NCBI RefSeq assembly: GCF_006345805.1
Contig: NC_043005.1
Coordinates: forward strand, 57,350,001-57,414,000
Reading direction: 5' to 3'
Source of the DNA: Octopus sinensis
Lineage: Eukaryota
DNA: 64,000 nt
Shown: piece by piece, positions 51,271-64,000 of the stretch
How positions within the stretch are numbered: the stretch's first letter is position 1
Layout of the letters: every line of letters begins with the position of its first letter
Notes under the pieces: model-generated
What the model saw: the letters and a program-made list of their open reading frames with translations, nothing else
Databases searched by the model: none
Told to the model about the DNA's origin: nothing
Program-made: the position numbers and the translations under genes

Positions 51271-51828
51271 ATGTTCTGTGGGAAATGTAGGGGTGAATTT
51301 ATTGTGAGTTTATGAATATATTCAGTTCACATACACACACAATCATCATCCTTTTAGTGCCTAATTTTCCATGCTTGCAAGGGTCAGACATAATTCATTG
51401 GGGGCAAATATTGTTTCGATGCTCTTCCTGACACACAATGGCCTTCTCCCGCTATGGGCAAGTGTCTTCTGTATCTTCAGGTCAACCAAAGCTTTGATAG
51501 TGGATTTCGTTGACAGTAACTGAATGTCCATTTTTTATGTGTGTGTGTTTTGTGTGTATTCTTGTTTTGACATGATGTGATGGTTGTAAGTGAGCATCAC
51601 TGTTATATTAGTGATGGGATTTTTTTCTTTATTTTGTTTTCTTTTTCTCCATTCTTCCATGTAAAGCTTGTTTGACGATGGAGAAATATTGCTTGGTTGG
51701 GAAACAAGTAGGGTGTCTGACCATTGAAAATCTGCCTCAACATATTCTGCCTGACCATATTCTGCACTGTAGATGTTAAACAATGATGTTGATTTATATA
51801 TATATATACATATATGTATATATACATA

Positions 51829-52697
51829 TACAGGGTGCAGTGAATAAATTGTCGTCTAAATTACACAAAAATGAAAATAACATTGACATCTCATTTTAAC
51901 AAATATATTTACCAAAATTACATAAAAATATCTTGAAATTCTAAAGAGCAAATTTATTCAATAAAATCACCATTGCCTTCAACCACTCTCTCCAGATGTC
52001 TTCGGAATCTGCAACCCTTCTGGACGGTCTCCTTGTTTAAGTTGGTGAATGCTGTTGTAATACTTACCTTCAGTTCATCTTTGGTGTTACAAGGAGTTTC
52101 GTTGGTCTCTCAATTAACTGCACCCAACACATAGTAATCAAGGGCATTGTAGTGTGGGGAGTTAGGTGGTCAGATGTCTGGGGTGATGTGGTCTAGGAAA
52201 TTGTCTGACAGCCAAATTGGGTTCTTGTGCTTGTGTGGCATGGTGCAGAGTCCTGTTACCAGACACAGTCTTTCAGCAGCCACCCTCTAGACCCAGGGCA
52301 GCAATACTTCCTTCAGGCATATGATGTAGGCCTTGGTGTTGAGTCTGAGACCGTGTGGGAAGATGAATGAAGGCATAACATTGCCATCATGAGTGATCAC
52401 TCCAAACACCATGATGTTGACTGGATGTTTGATTTTTATCACTCTCGGTACATGTCCTCAGATTGACACCCAAACACTCTGAAATGTTTGTATTGGCACT
52501 CCCAGCATGAATGCCAAGCAGTACAGCATGTTGTTTCCAAATTTCTGGCTAAGTGAATTGTGTCATGGTGCTGTTTTCTAACAGACAGTGCCCAACTGAC
52601 CCTACTCTACTGTATAGTCGACAAAATCCAAAACAAACAATGCTCATATGCAAAATTAAAAATATAAAATGGTAGCAATTTACCTATCGCACCCTCT
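51829..52697 (-). mobile_element. internally deleted Tc1/mariner element of maT (DD37D) type
   Basis: KHPVNIMVFGVITHDGNVMP, QDSAPCH...PPNSPHYNALDYY with about 37 residues between catalytic Asp positions after repairing a frameshift; N-terminal HTH relic LLGIHAGSANTNISECLGVNLRT; imperfect TIRs ta-cagggtgc...taaattg and caattta...gcaccct. Confidence 0.8.
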
Positions 52698-53305
52698 GTG
52701 TGTGTGTGTGAGAAAGAGAGAAAGAGAGAGATCTGTCTCTTCTCTGCCCTGCTTTTCTCCATACATAGTTTTTAGCTTTTGTAGATCATTTTTCTCACTA
52801 CACCCCACTACACACACACACATTTTCTCACTTACTCACTCACTAACACTCTCTCTCCCTCCCCTGTCACCTGTTTATTAGGACCATTCACTCACCTGTA
52901 CAAAAAGTTAACCTATCATCAATAAGCTGACTCTTATATCTGTCAACTCCATCCATTAAGAAAATAAATCAATATCCTTTAATTAATCATCAACCTTTTA
53001 TATCTCATTTGCTCAGTTATTCTCATTGTGCTACTGTCTGTTGTCTGTCTGTCTGTCTACCTATGTTCCTATATGTCTACCTATGTCTGTTTGTCCTGTA
53101 TCTGTCTACCTTCTTAACTGTCTATCCTTATAGTTATTTCTATTCATCTATCTCTTTATTTTTATCTATCTTTATCTTCTCTATAGTTATATATATTTCC
53201 ATCCTTGTCTATAATCTGTCTATCCATCTTTATCAAGCTCTCCCTCTCTCTCTCTATCTATATATATATATGTATCTATATATCTATCTATCTACCTATA
53301 TATAC

Positions 53306-53341
<36 letters not shown>

Positions 53342-53759
53342 ATGAGCAGGCATGGATGTGAGGTAAAAAGGCTGCTTGCCAGCACATGGTTTCAGGTTCA
53401 GTCCTCTATATAACACCTTGGGCTGGAGTCATCTACTATAGTCAGTCTCAATCCATGTAAAGCTTGTGTGTGTGGGAATATTGTTCCAAACTTACAGGGA
53501 AAAATCCAATTTAGAAATACTAAATCAAATTTCAAAAAAATATAATATATTTATATAAATTAGAAAAAAAACCCCACCTTTTATCAATTTAATAATGAAA
53601 AATTATATTATACCATTTAGAAAAATTACATCTTATAGAAAGATTAAATATAAGATAAAATATATGATAAAATATATAACAATGATTAAGTAATGTGTAA
53701 AAAAATTAATAAAACATATTTTAAATATATACGTTTTATTAATTTTTTTGCACATTACT

Positions 53760-57900
<4,141 letters not shown>

Positions 57901-57983
57901 GAGAGAGAGCAAAAGAGGGAGTGGTGTTTCTACACAGGAAAAAATATATATATAGGAAAATGTTTTGTTGAAAATGCACTTAA

Positions 57984-58583
57984 ATTTCAGAAACTCATAA
58001 ATGTTTAAAATACATTTGCTTATTTTCTGTTTAACAATCGTAAAAGTGTAAAATTAGAAAAACATCCATATAAGTTTCAATAAGGAAACCAACCAAGCAG
58101 AACTACAAGCTTGAAAGAAAAAATCATTAATTTTTTAACGAATCAAAATCAGGTCTGCTTGCAGAAAAAATTTATAAATACATCTTTCCCTAAAACATAC
58201 CATTGCAAGTTGAAGCGACTGTTTAAAGATCTGAGAAACTATAATTTCCCCCTCTTTTTACTATTTCAATTCTCACACTGTTTTTCTTTTCTTTCGGTAT
58301 GGTTGTCGACTTACCACTGAAATTAATGAACCTTGTACATTCTAACAAATTAATATACAGTTTTAATTTCAGACTAATACATTCTGTTTGAACATGATAA
58401 TTTATCAACAGTGATGAACATTTTAATTTAACAACATTGAAACATTTTGATCTGTCAACGTTGAAACTTATAATGATGTTTTTCTAATTTTACACTTTAA
58501 CATTGTTAAACAAAAAATTGTTGAAAACTAGTTTGGTGTATATGTAAATAAATGATTTTAAACATTTACGAGTTTTTTGAAAT
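57984..58583. mobile_element. AT-rich foldback/MITE-like element with ~100-120-bp imperfect inverted arms
   Basis: 57984-58080 aligns to the reverse complement of 58461-58583 (atttca.aaactc.taaatgtttaaaat...aaagtgtaaaattagaaaaacatc...ataagtttcaa). Confidence 0.7.
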
Positions 58584-59048
58584 ATATATATATATATATA
58601 TATGCAACAACAATGTATAATATATATATAATATATATAATATATATACATTGTTGTTGGCATCCTTTTTGTCTTGGGAGACAATGAAGTTGTGCATAAA
58701 ATTATATAGTCTGGCTTTTACACTTCATGTCCTAATACATCTGTTGTGGCGTGTAGTTTATCCTGGACAAACACATCTCTGGCAGGTGCCGCAAATGTAG
58801 TGAAAACTTTGCCTGGCTGGTTTTAATGTCATAGTTTCTTGTTGACGTCTTTTCTTGTCTTTCCATTTCTCCTCTCTCCCTCTGTCAAGGTTCCTTCAAC
58901 TGCTTCCTAGTTGCTAATTGATGTCACAGGCCTCCATGTCCCTTTTGCCAACATCCTTGTATCGTAAGAACAGTCTTCTCACAGACCCCAGTGCCCCTAG
59001 CAAGCTCTCCATAGAGTTATGTCTGGGGATTCTGCCATCTTCCATAGG
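58101..59048 (+). repeat. ~950-bp segment duplicated at 59149-60102 across the gap; probable assembly artefact
   Basis: Both copies abut the N gap and differ mostly by small indels. Confidence 0.85.
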
Positions 59049-59148
59049 NNNNNNNNNNNNNNNNNNNNNNNNNNNNNNNNNNNNNNNNNNNNNNNNNNNN
59101 NNNNNNNNNNNNNNNNNNNNNNNNNNNNNNNNNNNNNNNNNNNNNNNN
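59049..59148. other. assembly gap (100 N)
   Basis: Run of N. Confidence 1.
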
Positions 59149-59660
59149 AACTACAAGCTTGAAAGAAAAAATCATTAATTTTTTAACGAATCAAAATCAG
59201 GTCTGCTTGCAGAAAAAATTTATAAATACATCTTTCCCTAAAACATACCATTGCAAGTTGAAGCGACTGTTTAAAGATCTGAGAAACTATAATTTCCCCC
59301 TCTTTTTACTATTTCAATTCTCACACTGTTTTTCTTTTCTTTCGGTATGGGTTGTCGACTACCACTGAAATTAATGAACCTTGTACATTCTAACAAATTA
59401 ATATACAGTTTTAATTTCAGACTTATACATTCTGTTTTGAACATGATAATTTATCAACAGTGAAACATTTTAATTTAACAACATTGAAACATTTTGATCT
59501 GTCAACGTTGAAACTTATAATGATGTTTTTCTAATTTTACACTTTTAACATTGTTAAACAAAAAATTGTTGAAACTAGTTTGGTGTATATGTAAATAAAT
59601 GTATTTTAAACATTTACGAGTTTTTGAAATATATATATATATATATATATGCCAACAACA

Positions 59661-59697
<37 letters not shown>

Positions 59698-59700
<3 letters not shown>

Positions 59701-60727
59701 TGTTGTTGGCATCCTTTTTGTCTTGGGAGACAATGAAGTTGTGCATAAAATTATCTAGTCTGGCTTTTACACTTCATGTCCTAATACATCTGTTGTGGCT
59801 GTGTAGTCTTATCCTGGACAAACACATCTCTGGCAGGTGCCGCAAATGTAGTGAAAACTTTGCCTGGCTGGTTGTAATGTCATAGTTTCTTGTTGACGTC
59901 TTTTCTTGTCTTTCCATTTCTCCTCTCTCCCTCTGTCACGGTTCCTTCAACTGCTTCCTAGTTGCTAATATTGATGTCACAGGCCTCCATGTCCCTTTTG
60001 CCAACATCCTTGTATCGTAAGAACAGTCTTCTCACAGACCCAGTGCCCCTAGCAAGCTCTCCATAGAGTATGTCCTTGGGGATTCTGCCATCTTCCATAT
60101 GGCTAACATGTCCAAGCCATCTCGTACGTCTTTGTGTGAGGAGTGCAAACTTACTTGGTATTCCTGCTTGCTTGAGGATATCTTTGTTGGGGATATGATT
60201 CTGCCATTTGATGCCAAGTATTTTCCGGAGGCAGCACAGGTGAAAGATATTTAGGTGACACTCTTGGCGTGTGTATGGCGTCCAAGTCTCACTTCCATAC
60301 AGTAGAGTGCTAAGTAAACATGCCTGGTAAATCTTCATTTTTGTGGTCTTGGTCAGCTTATTGTTGTCCCATGCCCATTTGGAGATTTGGGCCATCACAG
60401 CAGCTGCCTTGCCAATGCGTATATTGAGCTCGGCATCAAGAGATAGGTTGTAGGTGACAGTAGAGCCTAGATAGGTAAACTTCTCCACCTCCTGTAGTTT
60501 GTGGTCTCCAATATGTATGTTTGGGATGTCCGATGTAGCCTGACCCATCTCTCGCGTCTGCATGCCAAGACCAAAATTAGAAGCGTCCTGATCAAGGAGA
60601 TGCTATTTGCTGATGATGCCGCTCTGGTATCACACATGGAAGAAGCCCTGCAAAGGCTCATCAACTGTTTTGAGGAAGCATGTAGCGACTTTGGCTTACT
60701 TATCAGCCTCAAGAAGACCAACATCAT
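59698..60727 (-). mobile_element. RTE-clade LINE, 5'-truncated with 5' inversion
   Basis: Minus ORF 59958-60548 is the RT C-terminus (EVEKFTYLGS, RIGKAAAVM, LSTLLYGSETW, RWLGHVSHMEDGRIPKDILYGEL). Plus segment 60549-60727 encodes the preceding RT core (EMLFADDAAL...ISLKKTNI). (CAA)n tail at ~59700. Confidence 0.92.
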
Positions 60728-61722
60728 ATATGCATATATACATATTCAAAATTTACTTTTATTTTTTCTTCTTTATTTCATCCCCCATTTCCCCTTCTTT
60801 ATTTCTTTTACCTTTTGTCACTTTTCTTCCCAATAATGGTAGCCTTAGAGGTTTGCTTGAGTTGGACTAGGCCTCATTGACCTCAAGTGCATAGTAGATA
60901 CAATCAGTAAATGTCTACTTTTAGGTGATGTGTCTTCTGTAAGGTCTGCATCTTCGTTGTTTTTTGGATCCAGTCTGTTACCGTCACTCAGTATCTGAGA
61001 AGTGATATTAAAACTATACATGATAGTAGAAGCTTGTACGATGGGCAGCAGATGCCTGCAAGGCAAGCAGCAGATGACTGCGAGACTGGTTCTAGAGGTT
61101 ACGTAACAAGGCTGTTGCAGAAGTCAATGAGGCTGGCAATACAAGTTAGTCCAAGGAATAAATACAATAGTATAAGATGGATCAAACCTAAGAGGAAAAT
61201 TAATTAAGTTGTGTAGATGAAAAACAAAATATTTCTGGTTCAGTTGCATTGAGTGGTATCATACATGATTTTCTTAGTCATGTCAGCTTTGGAAAATGTT
61301 AAATCAATGATGATGACAGTATAAATACAGTGTATTGTTTTGTTCCTATTTTGGTTATTTATTCCCATATGCTTTTAAAATATATTGGCCATAACAACAG
61401 TGGTCTTAGTTGATTCATTATTTTTGTTTCTTTCAGTCAGTATTAATTAGTGGGAGATGGGGAAACCCTCAACTCAACCAAAATCACACAAGAACCTACT
61501 CTCTCTTTTCAGTTCTCTTATTTCATCATCTTTATATAATTAAATTAACATAGTTACCTATTTATTGATGGGAGAATCAGTAGAGCACCATAGAATGTTA
61601 TGATTGGCTAAATGGTTAACTCACTTGGTCTGGATTCTCGGTTCAAATCACACTAGGGTTAACTTTTTGCCTTTTTTATTCTTCTGCTTGGGAGAAGTCA
61701 GTAAAATAAAGTACCTGTAGAT

Positions 61723-61976
61723 TAATGGTTCTCAACCAGGGTCCACATGATCTTTGGGGGTCCATACAAGATTTTTCTCTTAAAATTAATCCGCAATAAA
61801 TCAGTTATACTTCTACAATGCACAAAACGTTTTAACATTTCTTTTTTGTACATCTAATAATATCTAATTACAAAAAATTTATAGGGTTTCCTTAAACATC
61901 AAATGGCAAGGAGGGTCCATCTGAGTAAAATAGGGATCAAAGATGTCCATAGGCAAAAGATGGTTGATAAACACTG
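61723..61976. mobile_element. hAT-type MITE (family of 29475-29716)
   Basis: taatggttctcaacc...ggttgataaacactg ends and shared internal sequence. Confidence 0.7.
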
Positions 61977-62054
61977 ATCTAGAGGATTATATCTCTTTCA
62001 TAGAAATGTAACTATTGCACCAATATTAGACAATCCTCATCATCATCATCATCA

Positions 62055-62480
62055 CGAGATGATGAACTGGCAGAATTGTTAATTGTGTGGACAAAATGCT
62101 TGGTGATATTTCTACTGACTGCTTACATTCTGACTTCAAATTCCACAGAGGTCAAATTTGCCTTTCATCCTTTTGTGGTTGATAAAATAAGTACCAGTCA
62201 AGCGCTGGGGTTAATGAAATTGACTGACCCTCCCCCTCCCCCAAAGTTTCGGGTCTTGTGCTTAAAAGATTATCATTCTTTTCTACTTTAGGCACAAGGC
62301 TTGAAATTTTTGGGGAAGGGGGTAGTCGATTAGATCGACCTCAGTACGCAACTGGTACTTGATTTATTGACCCTGAAAGGATGAAAGGCAAAGTCAATCT
62401 CAGAATTTGAACTCAGTATGTAAAGACAGACAAAATACCACTAAGCATTTTGCCCGGCATACTAACGTTTCTGCCAGCTC
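62055..62480. mobile_element. tail-to-tail inverted pair of SINE family B
   Basis: Plus copy ~62055-62278 immediately followed by minus copy ~62280-62480. Confidence 0.75.
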
Positions 62481-62664
62481 ACATCGTCGTCGTCGTCGTC
62501 GTCATTCAAATTCTATGGAGATTAACTTCACTTTTCATCCTTCTGATCAGTTACCTCTCTTCCCCACACACACACCACTGCCACCAACAACAACAACAGC
62601 ATCAGAATAATTCAGGCCTTGTGTGTATTTTATTTATCTTCGAAACCTTTATTATTATTATGAA

Positions 62665-63078
62665 TGCCTGTGCTTAGGTGAAGTTAAAAAGCTTGCTTTG
62701 CAACCATGTGAATTCGGGTTCAGTCTCACTGCATGGCACCTTGGGCAAGTGAAGTGTCTTCTACTGTAGCCCTGGACTAACCAATGCCTTGTAAGTGAAT
62801 TTGATGGATGGAAACTGTGTGGAAGCCTATAGTGTGTGTGTGTGTCTATTTGTGTGTGTATCTGTCTCTTGTGCCACCACTTGACTACCAGCATTGGTTT
62901 GTCTGTCCCCATAACCTAGCAGTTTAGCAAAAGAGATTGACAGAATAAGTACCAGTTTTCGGGGAAACAAAATGAAAAATCAAAAATACTGGTGTGAATT
63001 TGTTCAACTAAAACACTTTTAGATATTGCTCCAGTATGGCCATAGTCCACTTACTGGAACATGTAAAAAGATAAAAGA
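62665..63078 (+). mobile_element. diverged SINE family A
   Basis: Head, (GT)n centre, ccagtatggccatagtccacttactggaac tail. Confidence 0.75.
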
Positions 63079-63228
63079 TCCTCATTATTATATGGCAGAA
63101 ATTGTGGGGCCCCTTACAATTTTTATAGGAGTGTTGACATTGTCAAGATTAGTTAAAATCACTTTTAGCAAACCAGTAAAACACTTGTCAGTTTCATAGT
63201 GCTACCACTGCTTACATCAGAGATTTGT

Positions 63229-64000
63229 GAGCTCCTCTACGCTGATGACCTTGCTCTAATTGCTGAGTCACTATCAGAACTAGAGAAGTTTCTGGTGTCG
63301 AAGCAAGGATTAGAATCGAAGGGCCTTAGAGTCAACCTAGCTAAAACCAAAGTCCTAATAAGTAGGAAGGTAGACAAGACACAAACGTCTTCAGGTAGAA
63401 AATCGATAAGATGCACCAAGTGTAAGCTATGGACACATAAGAGGTGCAGCAATGTCAAGGGAAGGCTAACTAGGAAGATAGTTTTTGTATATGGCAGATG
63501 CTCAGGAGCAATAAACACTGAAAATGCGCAGAGAGCAACTTCCGCCACATTCCAGGGAGAAAAACTAGAAATAGTTGATAGCTTCCGTTACCTAGGTGAC
63601 CAAGTCAGTAGCGGAGGCAGGTGTGTTGAAAGTGTAACTGCTAGAGTAAGAATAGCCTGGGAAAAGTTGAGAGAGCTCTTACCTCTGCTAGGGACAAAAG
63701 GCCTCTCGCTCAGAGTAAAAAGCAGACTGTATGACGCATGTGTACGAACAGCCATGCTACATGGCAGTGAAACATGGGCCGTGACTGCTGAGGATATGCG
63801 TAAGCTTGCAAGAAATGAAGCCAGTATGCTCCGATGGATATGTACTGTCAGTGTTCATACTCGACAGAGTGTAAGTACCTTGAGAGAGAAGTTGGACCTA
63901 AGAAGCATCAGTTGTGGTGTGCAAGAGAGACTTTTGCGCTGGTATGGTCATGTGGCGAGAATGGATGAAGATTGTTGTGTGAAAAAGTGCCACACCCTAG
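63229..64000 (+). mobile_element. 5'-truncated RTE-type LINE RT, frame open to window end, with internal Cys/His finger
   Basis: Manual translation from 63229: ELLYADDLALIAES...LRVNLAKTKV...SIRCTKCKLWTHKRCSN...GRC...EIVDSFRYLGD...RTAMLHGSETW...RWYGHVARMDE; no stop before 64000, so it is absent from the ORF track. Confidence 0.92.

Noticed and set aside
58640-59048. Separate RTE insertion before the gap
   Set aside because: Part of the probable false duplication of 59698-60102.

Overview
AT-rich, microsatellite-saturated eukaryotic DNA. The SINE/LINE families and repeat landscape suggest a coleoid cephalopod, probably Octopus (inference, no database search). No host protein-coding gene can be named; only a few weak candidate exons were seen. 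The window is a graveyard of nested mobile elements. The most notable is a young Neptune-type Penelope-like retroelement (RT + GIY-YIG, 16303-19838) bracketed by ~790-bp inverted repeats, each carrying a minimal hammerhead-ribozyme motif with a U3-A8 core variant. Also present: two Helitrons (one Rep-less with a PIF1 helicase pseudogene), an internally deleted Gypsy element with both LTRs and a PPT, mariner (DD34D-type) and maT (DD37D-type) remnants, a hAT/CGGBP1-like transposase relic, piggyBac- and hAT-type MITEs, and three tRNA-derived SINE families. LINE fragments include a CR1-type 3' end that shares a covarying stem-loop with the commonest SINE, a 5'-inverted (twin-primed) RTE, and a second RTE with a Cys/His finger inside its RT. 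An unexplained 43-bp-stem hairpin lies at 33613-33701. A 100-N gap at 59049-59148 is flanked by a ~950-bp duplication that is probably an assembly artefact. Coordinates were read by eye; boundaries of decayed repeats are approximate.
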